Positions 17,928 to 27,831 are shown, numbered from the stretch's first letter. The stretch: DNA of 64,000 nt from an uncultured Candidatus Saccharibacteria bacterium (GCA_964601935.1 CAZROP010000002.1:7299-71298); one strand, 5' to 3'. The notes: generated by a model not told the origin, from the letters alone. Translations and numbers: made by a program.

Positions 17928-18836
17928 ATGAATAAATATAAAATACAACAAATAATCTCAACAATGGCAGAGTGCGCTGTTCTGAGCGGCAGCAGCGACT
18001 CCTCTTTTGTGGAGGGTATGTATAAGTTTTCACATGTTGGTTATTCACCATCCAGTGGTTGGCGGGATCGTGCTTGGGTTGCAGAGGCTGTGGTCGAGGG
18101 TTTAGACATTAATGACGCGTATCGTAAATTCTCTCAAGGTCTTACTAAAATTACCTCAAGGATTTCACTCGTTGGTCAAGCTTGTATTGATTATCATAGA
18201 GAATCTTTCTTGATCCATAAGATGGGGAGTTCTGTTGCACTTTTTCGTTATATCCATCGAGGAGAAGGTGTTGGTTTAATGTTTATGGATAAGGAAGTTA
18301 AAGCCTTAAGGATATTGCTGTTAGATAAATTTTTGCCCGATAACTTTTTTCTATACTGGAACGAAGCTACGAATATAAGTAATTACTCTGCAAAGCTTCT
18401 ATTAATGTTTTCAGCGCTTGAGACTATTATCACAAAAGATCAGACTTCTAAGAATTGGCAGTTATTAAACGATATTCTGGGCAGTAACGTGGTAAAAGAC
18501 TGTTTTGGGGAAAGGGGTAACTCAAGCATAGGATTAAGAAATCGCTTAGTACACGGAGAATACTTCTCAGTGGGAGACTTTGATAAAGATTATGTAACTC
18601 TTATACATGACGGTGTGATTAAATATATAAATAACAATATTTTGCAGGCTAAACTAATTGAGGAAGACGTCGTCTCTCCACAGCGAGGTTTTGAAGAGGT
18701 CGATCAATTGAGGTCTTATATAAAGTTAGCTGATAGCACAACTGAATTTTCAATTGAAGCTCTTGTCAGAGACGCCTCAAAAGACTTTCAAAATCCTGAA
18801 ACCTTTGAGTATGTGGCGCCAGGTCTCCATTATTAG
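17928..18836 (+). CDS. HEPN-domain protein (ApeA-like), putative RNase
   Basis: FSALETII helix and Rx4H motif LRNRLVHG. Confidence 0.65.
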   Translation: MNKYKIQQIISTMAECAVLSGSSDSSFVEGMYKFSHVGYSPSSGWRDRAWVAEAVVEGLDINDAYRKFSQGLTKITSRISLVGQACIDYHRESFLIHKMGSSVALFRYIHRGEGVGLMFMDKEVKALRILLLDKFLPDNFFLYWNEATNISNYSAKLLLMFSALETIITKDQTSKNWQLLNDILGSNVVKDCFGERGNSSIGLRNRLVHGEYFSVGDFDKDYVTLIHDGVIKYINNNILQAKLIEEDVVSPQRGFEEVDQLRSYIKLADSTTEFSIEALVRDASKDFQNPETFEYVAPGLHY

Positions 18837-18844
18837 AATATATT

Positions 18845-19891
18845 ATGAAAAAAATATTTATTGGATTTGTAGGTCAAAGTGACGAGCTCACTGAAAAAAT
18901 CTTAGAAATACAAGAGGGTTATGAGATATGGAATTTGAAACTGTTTAGTCTCGAAGAATTCACCAAAATCGTTAAAGACAGAATACCGCCCGTGAATAAT
19001 AACGTTATAAATAATTATATTGTTGAGGAGTATAACGAGAACTATGGTATCACAGAAGAGTATTTTTCTCGCTGTACGTGGGGCTTATTTATACCAGATA
19101 GCTTGGGTGATGTTTCTGGTGATAGTTTTTCAGAGACTATGTTTTTATTAAATCTTTTTTCGCCATCTTTCCTGTATCCAATATTCTACGTAACTGACTT
19201 CGGTGTAACGGTAAAAAGGTATGATAATAGAAAGATACTCTCCTTTGGAAACTCACAAGGACAGGCAAAGTTATTTACTTCTTCGAACTTCGTAGACTTT
19301 TTTAAAACCCTGCTTCCGTCATCGGCATATAGCGGTACTTGGCAGCTTGATCGTGTTCAGGTTTGGAAGAAAGAAGACTGGAGATTGTTCGTTGCAGGCA
19401 TGCTATTCTCTGACTTACGAGTCTATGATAATAGCAAAAGTGCGCTGACGTGGCAAAGAGAATCAGTGGAAATGAGTATGGTACTAGAATCACTATTTAT
19501 AGCTGATGATACCAATAGTGAAGAAATAGGGTACAGGTTAAGGAAAAGAATTGCTGTACTGCTTTCAGTGTATTTTCCTAATATTGAAAATGATATTAAA
19601 GAACTTTATAAGGCTAGAAGCGAGTTTGTTCATGGATCATTTTATCTTAAGCTTGCAAAGAGTAGTGACCAGTTACCTACGCCCAACTTTAACTTGTTAC
19701 ACCAACAAACGGAGTTTGTGCGTTGGTCGTTAATTGGGTGCCTTCATTTGTTTCAAGTTATCAATAACGGTTCTAAATACCCCCAGAAGTCAGTAATGAG
19801 TGTGTTAGAAGCTGCTATCGTTGACGTTAAACTTCGTGAAAGTATATTAAATGATGTAAGTGAAGTGTTTTCTCTCTTGCCAACTATTTAA
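18845..19891 (+). CDS. HEPN-domain protein (ApeA-like), putative RNase
   Basis: LESLF...EIGYRLRKRIAVLL...LYKARSEFVHG (Rx4H). Confidence 0.75.
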   Translation: MKKIFIGFVGQSDELTEKILEIQEGYEIWNLKLFSLEEFTKIVKDRIPPVNNNVINNYIVEEYNENYGITEEYFSRCTWGLFIPDSLGDVSGDSFSETMFLLNLFSPSFLYPIFYVTDFGVTVKRYDNRKILSFGNSQGQAKLFTSSNFVDFFKTLLPSSAYSGTWQLDRVQVWKKEDWRLFVAGMLFSDLRVYDNSKSALTWQRESVEMSMVLESLFIADDTNSEEIGYRLRKRIAVLLSVYFPNIENDIKELYKARSEFVHGSFYLKLAKSSDQLPTPNFNLLHQQTEFVRWSLIGCLHLFQVINNGSKYPQKSVMSVLEAAIVDVKLRESILNDVSEVFSLLPTI

Positions 19892-19915
19892 ATTGGCTCA
19901 TAATTGCTTTATCCT

Positions 19916-21079
19916 ATGAAAAAACCGCAAAAAGAAGCAAGTAAGCCTCCAATAAAAAGGAAGACAAGATCATCCAAATCTGCTTTGAGTTATATAAGTG
20001 ATTATGCAGGTAGGTGGCTGGATGATCAGATAGGATTCTTTAAGGAGTGTAAGATTTCTCAAGAAGAGGTAGACAGTGCGAAATTGCATTGGCATGAGCT
20101 TGCCAAAATATACGATGACCATAAGTCTAGGGAAGTTTTGCTATCGACAACAGCAAATACGATCTCTCAAATCATCCAGGGAATGTCAAAGGTCCACAGT
20201 GTTCGTTTAAGAATAAAAGATCCCGCTAGTCTGATTGGAAAAATTGTAAGAAAGCGCAAGGCAGATCCTAATAGAGATATAAATTATAATAACTACAAAG
20301 ACGAAATTACAGATTTAATCGGAATAAGGATACTACACTTGTTAAAATCGGATTGGGAAAGTATCCATAGAGGTCTTTTTGATCATTTCTCTGCTAAAGG
20401 GAAGCCAGTAGCTTATATTCGTGAGGGCGATTCTAATGAGTGGATTACTATGTATAAAAACGCAGGTTGTAGGGTTGAAGATCACGAACGTAGATATAGG
20501 TCAGTTCACTATGAGGTGAAAGTAGGTATCACGAAAGAGCCTATAATTGCTGAAATTCAGGTCAGGACAATCCATGAAGAAAGTTGGAGTGAGCTTGATC
20601 ACGCCATCAATTATCCCGTACAGGCGTCACTAATCATCCAGAATCTTTTGAGCACCCTAAACCAACTTGCTGGGATATCAGATGAGCTAAGCGCATACAC
20701 AATGTACGTTTTTAATGCGTTCGAAGAACAAAAGGCGGAAATAGAGATGCTCCAAAATAGTTACTCAGCAAAACTTTCTGAAACGGAGGAGTTAATCAAC
20801 AGGTTAGAGGTTAAAGAAGCAGAAAAGACTAAAATAAAAGAAAAGCTTAAAGATTTAGAAACAAAAGGTAACTCAGCTATGGGCTTTTCAGAAAGTAATA
20901 CCGTTTTTTCGACCTCAGGTTTGCAACTTAGGACAAACTTTGCTGCCCCTATCTTTGGCAGCAATAACCACGACCCGACATCAGCTGTAAGACGGTGCGC
21001 AAGGTGTAAAGGTTTTTTGTTTGGTGGTTCCATCGGGAGTAATTTATGCGCTGTTTGTTCCGTTGCTTATAGAGTATAG
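19916..21079 (+). CDS. RelA/SpoT-domain small alarmone synthetase with a coiled coil and a C-terminal CxxC-CxxC
   Basis: RIKDPASLIGKIVRK, DLIGIRIL, YRSVHY, AEIQVRT, WSELDH; C-terminal CARC...CAVC. Confidence 0.85.
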   Translation: MKKPQKEASKPPIKRKTRSSKSALSYISDYAGRWLDDQIGFFKECKISQEEVDSAKLHWHELAKIYDDHKSREVLLSTTANTISQIIQGMSKVHSVRLRIKDPASLIGKIVRKRKADPNRDINYNNYKDEITDLIGIRILHLLKSDWESIHRGLFDHFSAKGKPVAYIREGDSNEWITMYKNAGCRVEDHERRYRSVHYEVKVGITKEPIIAEIQVRTIHEESWSELDHAINYPVQASLIIQNLLSTLNQLAGISDELSAYTMYVFNAFEEQKAEIEMLQNSYSAKLSETEELINRLEVKEAEKTKIKEKLKDLETKGNSAMGFSESNTVFSTSGLQLRTNFAAPIFGSNNHDPTSAVRRCARCKGFLFGGSIGSNLCAVCSVAYRV

Positions 21080-21135
21080 GTAAGTATGCTAATTAGACTT
21101 TCTACTTAACTCTTCTCTTGATACCGAAAAATCAT

Positions 21136-22761
21136 ATGGACATTAACATTTTAATGGATAGTTTGAACAGTGATAGGCAGAGTGTGGAAGACGCTAAGGA
21201 TATTAAGTATGTTATCTACGCCCGGAAGTCTACGGATGACATGGGTAAGCAGGCTCGGTCCTTGGCAGATCAGGTGTCAGAGTGTCAGCAATACGCACTC
21301 ACCCACAATCTGCGTTGTGACCCGACCCCTATTATAGAGTCTGAGTCAGCAAAAGAGCCCGATATTCGACCCAAGTTTAGACAAATGATGGAAGACCTCA
21401 AAAGAGGAAAGTATGGAGGAGTTATTGCCTGGCACCCTGATAGATTATCTCGAAACATGAAGGACGCAGGGGAGATTATAGATCTCGTGGACAAGAGTGT
21501 TATTCGTGACTTGAAGTTCGTAAGTTTTGTATTTGATAATACTACTAGCGGAAAGATGCTTTTAGGTATGACCTTTGTACTATCTAAACAGTACTCAGAT
21601 GCTTTAAGTGACAACGTTAACCGTGGTAATAGAAAGAGTGTTGAAGAGGGAAAGTATATCAATAAAGCGAAACACGGTTACTACAAGGACCCTAACCAGT
21701 ATCTAAGACCTGATACCCATAATAATAATTTTATTCTGATAAAAACTGCTTTTAGAATGCGCCTGGATGGAGCTGGGTTGGATGAAATTGTTAAGTACCT
21801 AAACGAAAATAACTACTCAAAAGCAAATACTGGTCAGTATAGAACAATATTTAAAATGACGAAGCAGCGTGTATCAAGCTTTCTCTCTGATCCGATTTAT
21901 ACAGGTGTATACCGTTATGGCGGAATAGAAGCAGTTAACCTTGTTGAAAAGTATCATTTTGAGCCAATGATAACTGTTGAGGAGTTTGCAAAAATAAATA
22001 AACGAATATTCCCAAGCCTTGGTAGGTCCGCTCGTAAGAAGGATGGGGTACGAGCAGATTTTATGGTTAAAAGAGTTCGCTGTAGTTTTTGTGGCGAAGC
22101 AATGTCTACAGGTATTAGTGGAAGCAGAGCAGATTCCGGCGAAAAGACAGAGTACTTCTATTACCGATGTGAGACCGAAAAGTGCGTCAGGCATAACAAG
22201 TCGACTCGCGCAAAGGTTATTGTTGATTATGCAGTTGAGTTCCTGCAAACATTACCGTTCTCATCAGAGGCAAGTTACGATCACTACTTGAAGGAAATGG
22301 ACAGGTTGAGTACACAAAAAGTAACCAAATCTAAAGAAAGGGTAAAAAGTTTGCAGACAAAGAGAGTATTTTTAGTAGAAAGAGAAAAAAAGGTAAAAGA
22401 AATGCTACTTAACGAAAAAGATGGTCGTATTAAAGATGAGTTTCGAGGGGATTTTGAACTGATAAAAGATCAGGTCTCTAAAATAGAACAAGAAATAACT
22501 GATCTAAAAGAGATAATTACTGGCGGTAAAACTGCTCCGGCTACCTATAGCGAGTTCCTCGAAGTTTTAAAGAAAATGCCTTTATTTATTAGGGAAATTA
22601 AGAGTTTAAGCGAGTTAGATTTTTTTATGAAAAAAATCTTCTCGAACCTCACTGTTAATGGTAAAAAAGTCATAAAAACAACGCTTGCTGCGCCCTTTGA
22701 TAAGTTGTATAAACTAAGTAATCCTGCTTTGTTGCCCGATAAGGACTCGAACCTCAATTAA
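21136..22761 (+). CDS. Large serine recombinase (resolvase, recombinase and zinc-ribbon domains)
   Basis: YARKST catalytic motif, WHPDRLSRN, CSFCG...YYRC...C zinc ribbon, coiled coil. Confidence 0.92.
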   Translation: MDINILMDSLNSDRQSVEDAKDIKYVIYARKSTDDMGKQARSLADQVSECQQYALTHNLRCDPTPIIESESAKEPDIRPKFRQMMEDLKRGKYGGVIAWHPDRLSRNMKDAGEIIDLVDKSVIRDLKFVSFVFDNTTSGKMLLGMTFVLSKQYSDALSDNVNRGNRKSVEEGKYINKAKHGYYKDPNQYLRPDTHNNNFILIKTAFRMRLDGAGLDEIVKYLNENNYSKANTGQYRTIFKMTKQRVSSFLSDPIYTGVYRYGGIEAVNLVEKYHFEPMITVEEFAKINKRIFPSLGRSARKKDGVRADFMVKRVRCSFCGEAMSTGISGSRADSGEKTEYFYYRCETEKCVRHNKSTRAKVIVDYAVEFLQTLPFSSEASYDHYLKEMDRLSTQKVTKSKERVKSLQTKRVFLVEREKKVKEMLLNEKDGRIKDEFRGDFELIKDQVSKIEQEITDLKEIITGGKTAPATYSEFLEVLKKMPLFIREIKSLSELDFFMKKIFSNLTVNGKKVIKTTLAAPFDKLYKLSNPALLPDKDSNLN

Positions 22762-22802
22762 CGGTACCAGAAACCGCTGTCCTACCATTAGACGATCGGG
22801 CA
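22732..22802 (-). tRNA. tRNA-Gln(CTG)
   Basis: TGCCCGATCGTCTAATGGTAGGACAGCGGTTTCTGGTACCGTTAATTGAGGTTCGAGTCCTTATCGGGCAA cloverleaf; CCA not encoded. Confidence 0.93.
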
Positions 22803-22869
22803 ATACTGTATCATGTTTGCACACGAATACGTCTACTAGAATACACTGTTGTATGGTAGAGTGCAAGTG

Positions 22870-23142
22870 ATGAAAACCTCCGAAATACTGCAACGTGTGA
22901 CACTGATACTGATACTCGGAATCCTGGGGTATATGGCTCCGCTGTGGGTTTTGGTCGTATTTGTGGCTGTTGCGGTGTTTTTCGTACCTGCATTTGTAGA
23001 AGGAGCCATTATTGTGATGACAATAGAATACATAGGTCGAGATTTCGCCAGTATGGGATACGTGGGATGGGTACTGGTCGCATGGATACTGATGTGCGAG
23101 GTTGTGCGGACACGATTCCGTATGAATGGGAACAAGAAATAA
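22870..23142 (+). CDS. Small membrane protein in the position usually held by mreD
   Basis: Highly hydrophobic; ends 3 nt upstream of PBP2. Confidence 0.55.
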   Translation: MKTSEILQRVTLILILGILGYMAPLWVLVVFVAVAVFFVPAFVEGAIIVMTIEYIGRDFASMGYVGWVLVAWILMCEVVRTRFRMNGNKK

Positions 23143-23145
23143 CAT

Positions 23146-24987
23146 ATGATGAAGCGTAATCGTAGGCGACTGTCATCGCCGGGCCTGAATATAGAGGAAT
23201 TGATCGCAGATGCAGAGTTTGCTGGCAAGGATTTGTCCGGGAAAAGTATTATGCTGACGCGCCTAGGGCGCGGACCTATCAGCATGCTGATAGGGATTAT
23301 GATTGTAGTAGGGGTCATATTCCTGGGCTATGTGATATTTCTCGTGAACAAGTCGCCCGACAGCTACGCGCGTACACTGTATCGCAATCGTCTGGCGAGC
23401 GAAATCGTGTTTGCTCCACGTGGTGCTATTCTGGACCGCAATGACCGTCAGTTGGCTGCCAGTACGTACAATTCAGTATCAGGCAGATACGAACGCGAGG
23501 TGGCGGATATCCCTGGGATTGGTTCGTTGATGGGATTTATTCGCTATCCAGAACAAGATGCCTCGGGGTATTACTGGCGTTTTTCTACCGAAGGCGTGTC
23601 AGGATTGGAAAAGTTTGCCGATAGCATGCTGAAAGAATATCCAGGATATCGTCTGCGTACTCGTGAACGTTCGGGGCAGGAATTGGTATTCCCTGAAGAC
23701 CGCGTGGTATACCCGCAGTCAGGAAAACCACTGAAGACAACACTAGATTATGATCTGAACAAGAAACTAGGGGAATCTATGGTGAGTTTTATAAAAGCGA
23801 ACAACTACGAGGCAGGCGCAGGTGTGATCATGAATGTACGCACAGGAGAAATACTGGCAATGGTGTCACTACCTGACATTGATCCTGATGCGCTCAGTAA
23901 TAACGAAGAAGGGATTGCAGAGCAGTATCTGAATGATCCGAACAAACCTATGCTGAACCGCGTGGTATTCGGGGGGTATAACCCGGGATCGACGGTAAAG
24001 CCATATTTGGTGACTGCATTTTTGAACGAGGGCACCATCACACCAACATCAGTAGTAAACAGTGTGGGCAAAATAAAGGTTATCAACCCCTATACAAAAG
24101 GTCAGGACTATACATTCCGCGATTGGCGACCACTGGGGCATGGTGTGACCAATGCGCGCTGGGCGTTGGCGGATTCTGTCAACACATTTTTCTATGTATA
24201 TGGGGGAGGATACGGCGGGGTGAAGGGCCTGGGAATCAAAAAGATAAAAGAATACATGCAAAAGTTCGGGCTGGGCGAACGGGTGCCATTCGTACTGCGG
24301 GGTACACAGCCGGGACAGGTGCCTGACCCTGCATGGAAGATGGAGACATTCGGTGAATCATGGAGAGTGGGGGACACCTATAACTCGTCGATTGGGCAGT
24401 ATGGATTTGTCGTGACGCCGTTGCAGCAGCTGCGTGCAGTGGCAGCATTGGCAACCAGCGGACTGATGATACAGCCGATTATTCTATCAGGACAGGCATT
24501 AGTAGTGGACCGTATTCCGGGTATAGAAGAAGCCTGGTATCAGGAGGTACGCGCCGGTATGCGCGATGTGGTAACCATTGGTACCGGTCAGAGTATGAAT
24601 GTGCCTGCAATAGAGTTTGCCGCAAAGACAGGAACCGCACAGGTACTGAACAAGACGAAAATTAACTCGTGGACCATAGGATTCTGGCCCTATAACGAAC
24701 CGCAGTATGCATTTGTATTGTTGGCAGAGCGTGGACCCAAGGAGGGTGCGCCCAACGTATCACATGCATGGCGTACGGTTATTAATTGGATGATTGATGA
24801 GCGTACAGAATACTTTATTCCGGCGCCAGGATACGAGGCTCTGAAGGCAAGCCCGAAAAAGATGTCAGTGCCTGTAGAGGTAAAAGAAGATGGCGTAAAA
24901 ACGGTAGATGCTCTGGAGATCCCTGCAGAGGAAGAAGAGACTCCAGTTGATGCGATTCTTGACCCTGTAACTGCTCCTGTGGAGTAA
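23146..24987 (+). CDS. mrdA: Penicillin-binding protein 2 (class B transpeptidase)
   Basis: APRGAILDRN, PGSTVK (SxxK), SVN (SxN), KTGTAQ; FRDW...GHG. Confidence 0.88.
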   Translation: MMKRNRRRLSSPGLNIEELIADAEFAGKDLSGKSIMLTRLGRGPISMLIGIMIVVGVIFLGYVIFLVNKSPDSYARTLYRNRLASEIVFAPRGAILDRNDRQLAASTYNSVSGRYEREVADIPGIGSLMGFIRYPEQDASGYYWRFSTEGVSGLEKFADSMLKEYPGYRLRTRERSGQELVFPEDRVVYPQSGKPLKTTLDYDLNKKLGESMVSFIKANNYEAGAGVIMNVRTGEILAMVSLPDIDPDALSNNEEGIAEQYLNDPNKPMLNRVVFGGYNPGSTVKPYLVTAFLNEGTITPTSVVNSVGKIKVINPYTKGQDYTFRDWRPLGHGVTNARWALADSVNTFFYVYGGGYGGVKGLGIKKIKEYMQKFGLGERVPFVLRGTQPGQVPDPAWKMETFGESWRVGDTYNSSIGQYGFVVTPLQQLRAVAALATSGLMIQPIILSGQALVVDRIPGIEEAWYQEVRAGMRDVVTIGTGQSMNVPAIEFAAKTGTAQVLNKTKINSWTIGFWPYNEPQYAFVLLAERGPKEGAPNVSHAWRTVINWMIDERTEYFIPAPGYEALKASPKKMSVPVEVKEDGVKTVDALEIPAEEEETPVDAILDPVTAPVE

Positions 24988-25049
24988 AAGGTTTTAATAT
25001 AGTTCCCAATAGATGCCTAAAAGGGCATATTATGATACAATTTTACTTT

Positions 25050-25508
25050 ATGGAACCAATTTTCATGACACAGCAGGGCCGAGACGATATGGTGGCAGAA
25101 TTGCACGAGCGCACCCACGTGATACGTCCCGAAATATCTCGGCGTATGGCAGACGCGCGAGCGCTGGGTGATTTGTCCGAAAACGCAGAGTATCACAGTG
25201 CACGTAGTGAGGCCCGCAAAAACGAGGGACGTATCGAAGAGCTCGAAGAAACTCTCAAGAGGGTCAAAATCATTGCTTCAAAATCCCATGATACTGCAGA
25301 GTTGTCGGCGCGTATTACCCTGCTAAAAAACAATGAGACAGAGGTGGTGTATATCTTGGTATCAGCAGCCGAGGCAGACATACGCGCAAGCAAATTATCT
25401 ATCGAATCTCCCATAGGTCAGTTATTAGTAGGAAAGAGAGTAGGTGACGAATTCGTTCATACTACTCCTGCAGGCGACATACAGTATTGTATTATTGGTA
25501 TAGAATAA
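25050..25508 (+). CDS. greA: Transcription elongation factor GreA
   Basis: ARALGDLSENAEY, SIESPIG. Confidence 0.93.
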   Translation: MEPIFMTQQGRDDMVAELHERTHVIRPEISRRMADARALGDLSENAEYHSARSEARKNEGRIEELEETLKRVKIIASKSHDTAELSARITLLKNNETEVVYILVSAAEADIRASKLSIESPIGQLLVGKRVGDEFVHTTPAGDIQYCIIGIE

Positions 25509-25525
25509 AGGGTGTAAATAAAATT

Positions 25526-25888
25526 ATGGAAGCAGAAAAATCAAAATCCCTAGAATTAGCTAAACAATTTCTTGGGAAGGAGGTTGAGATTGTTTTTGAT
25601 AGACCGCTTGGAAGCAGTCATCCAAAACACGGATTCATTTATGAGGTGAATTACGGTTATCTTGATGGAATTAAAGCCCCAGATGGAGAAGATCTGGATG
25701 CGTATTTTCTAGGAACAGATCAATCACTCGAAAAGGCTAGGGGTGTTGTAAAAGCTATTATTCATCGAGTTGAAGATGATGATGACAAGCTGGTTGTTAT
25801 GCCAAAAGAAGTATCAATGAGTGATGAAGAAATTAAACGAGCGGTGAATTTTCAGGAGCAGTGGTTTAAGCACCAAATTCTTCGATAG
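25526..25888 (+). CDS. Inorganic pyrophosphatase-family protein
   Basis: DRPLGSSHP, YEVNYGY, DGEDLDAY, DDDDKLVV. Confidence 0.82.
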   Translation: MEAEKSKSLELAKQFLGKEVEIVFDRPLGSSHPKHGFIYEVNYGYLDGIKAPDGEDLDAYFLGTDQSLEKARGVVKAIIHRVEDDDDKLVVMPKEVSMSDEEIKRAVNFQEQWFKHQILR

Positions 25889-25944
25889 AGTCTAAGGCGT
25901 TACTCTACTTGCATTTCGCCCCTGACTCGTCATAATGGGCGGAT

Positions 25945-27426
25945 ATGGCATCACTTGATGAATTGCGCTCTGTGCGTTTGGGAAAATTAACAACACTACG
26001 TGAATCAGGCGAGCAGCCGTACGAGGTGGTATCTGCACGCACACATAGTATCGCAGAGGTGATTGATCAGTTCGAGGTATTGTCGACAGGAGGAAATAGT
26101 GTGACCTTAGCTGGGCGCATTATGGCTATTCGGGGTCAGGGGGCAATACTCTTTGTATCGTTATGGGATGGGACGGATCATTTCCAGTGTGTATTTCAGC
26201 GTGACCACATGGAGGCAGATCGTTTCGAATTGTTCGGCGAAACCATTGATGTGGGTGATTTTATCGAATGTACAGGAACATTGTTCACAACCCAGCGGGG
26301 CCAGGACAGTATCCAGGTGTCTGGTTGGAAATGTCTCACCAAATCGTTGTTGCCGTTACCTGATAAATGGCATGGACTCGCAGATGACGACGAGCGATAC
26401 CGTAAGCGTTATTTGGAAATGATTAGTGATACAGAGGTGTTCGACCGATTCAAATTACGATCCCTGGTTATCCGCTATATTCGTAATTTCTTTGATTCTC
26501 GTGGGTTTTTGGAGATAGAAACACCGATATTGCAGTCACAGGCAGGTGGCGCGATGGCGCGGACGTTCGATACGTTCCATGCAGATTTACAGATGCCTAT
26601 GGTGCTACGTATTGCATTGGAACTGGAGCACAAAATGTTAATGGCAGGCGGACTACCAGCAGTCTACGAAATTGGCAAAAACTTCCGCAACGAGGGCAGT
26701 GATCCAACACATATCCAGGAATTCACCATGATGGAATGGTACTGGGCGTATCACACATTAGCAGACAATATGCAGCTGACAGAGGATTTGCTGAAAGGCA
26801 TAGTACGAGATGTGTGTAATAACCAACAGGAATTCACAGTCTATGACAAGCAGGGTGATGCACAGATGGTATCGTTCGGAGGAGAATGGGGGCGTGTACG
26901 ATTCGATGATCTGCTACGGGTATACGCGCGTATTGATATTGCAACAGCGAGTCTCGACGATATTCGTAGCCACGCAGTCGAACACGGCATGCCGACTGAC
27001 GAGGCGGAGGCTACAGGTCGCGGCAATCTGTTGGATTACATATTCAAGAAAACTACACGTCATCGCATCATCAATCCAACATTCGTCACCCATTACCCAG
27101 GAGATTTGAAGCCATTGGCACAGCAAAACCCAGATGGTACCGCATCGGTGGCACAGTTGATTATCGCAGGGGCAGAGATCACTAATCAGTATGCAGAATT
27201 GATTGATCCATTGGTGCAACGCAGTTTGTTGGAATCGCAATCCGCAGCGCGCGCAGGCGGTGATGATGAAGCAATGGAGATTGACGAGCGATTCCTAACT
27301 GCAATGGAGCACGGCATGCCACCTATGACGGGATTTGGTATGGGAATTGATCGCCTGGTTGCAATTCTGACAGAACAGCGCAATCTCCGCGAAACCATCT
27401 TCTTCCCGATTATGCGGCCGGAGTAA
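25945..27426 (+). CDS. lysS: Lysine--tRNA ligase (class II)
   Basis: FRNEG...EFTMMEWY, GMPPMTGFGMGIDRL. Confidence 0.97.
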   Translation: MASLDELRSVRLGKLTTLRESGEQPYEVVSARTHSIAEVIDQFEVLSTGGNSVTLAGRIMAIRGQGAILFVSLWDGTDHFQCVFQRDHMEADRFELFGETIDVGDFIECTGTLFTTQRGQDSIQVSGWKCLTKSLLPLPDKWHGLADDDERYRKRYLEMISDTEVFDRFKLRSLVIRYIRNFFDSRGFLEIETPILQSQAGGAMARTFDTFHADLQMPMVLRIALELEHKMLMAGGLPAVYEIGKNFRNEGSDPTHIQEFTMMEWYWAYHTLADNMQLTEDLLKGIVRDVCNNQQEFTVYDKQGDAQMVSFGGEWGRVRFDDLLRVYARIDIATASLDDIRSHAVEHGMPTDEAEATGRGNLLDYIFKKTTRHRIINPTFVTHYPGDLKPLAQQNPDGTASVAQLIIAGAEITNQYAELIDPLVQRSLLESQSAARAGGDDEAMEIDERFLTAMEHGMPPMTGFGMGIDRLVAILTEQRNLRETIFFPIMRPE

Positions 27427-27441
27427 GTAATACGATAGATT

Positions 27442-27476
27442 AAAACCGCCAGCAGCACTAGCTTATGGCGGTTTTT
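27442..27476. terminator. Terminator after lysS
   Basis: AAAACCGCCA...TGGCGGTTTTT. Confidence 0.65.
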
Positions 27477-27504
27477 GTTTAGATGGTGATTTTGTTAGTT
27501 TTTA

Positions 27505-27831
27505 CTACCAGACTCGGGAAGGTGAAAGCTCTGTCCCTACCCACCAATGCCTATACGCCCATCCTATGGGGACACAGGGTATGGTTGTGTCTTGTGGAAG
27601 GGTATTAACTTGGTGGTAATCCGCGGCGCTTTTCATAACAAATATATTCGTAGACCTTGCAGAGAAGTCTGTGTAATAACCTATCGTAAACTCGTCTTTT
27701 TGTAGAAAACTTGAGGGCAGCGGGTACAATTCTTTTGCTCTCAGCGAGGCAAATAGCGTATTGGGATCTGCTATCTCTTCCTCTTTGACTTGGTAGGTAA
27801 GTATGACGCTATTGAGATCTTCTCTTTTCAT
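27505..27831 (-). CDS. Hypothetical protein
   Basis: 108-aa ORF filling the gap, with a minus-strand -10-like element upstream. Confidence 0.5.
   Translation of the reverse strand: MKREDLNSVILTYQVKEEEIADPNTLFASLRAKELYPLPSSFLQKDEFTIGYYTDFSARSTNIFVMKSAADYHQVNTLPQDTTIPCVPIGWAYRHWWVGTELSPSRVW

Larger units (their letters stand above)
12765..22761. mobile_element. Putative genomic island integrated at the 3' end of tRNA-Gln, with a large serine recombinase and defence-like cargo
   Basis: Visibly AT-rich block of orphan, HEPN and SAS genes ending in a recombinase that runs into the tRNA; imperfect terminal inverted repeat (13/15); left edge approximate. Confidence 0.7.

Noticed and set aside
18333-18343. 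TTGCCCGATAA, identical to the tRNA-Gln 3' end (22732-22742), as a possible att duplicate
   Set aside because: Only 11 bp and in the middle of an intact HEPN ORF, with island-like sequence on both sides; probably chance, though worth rechecking against empty-site genomes
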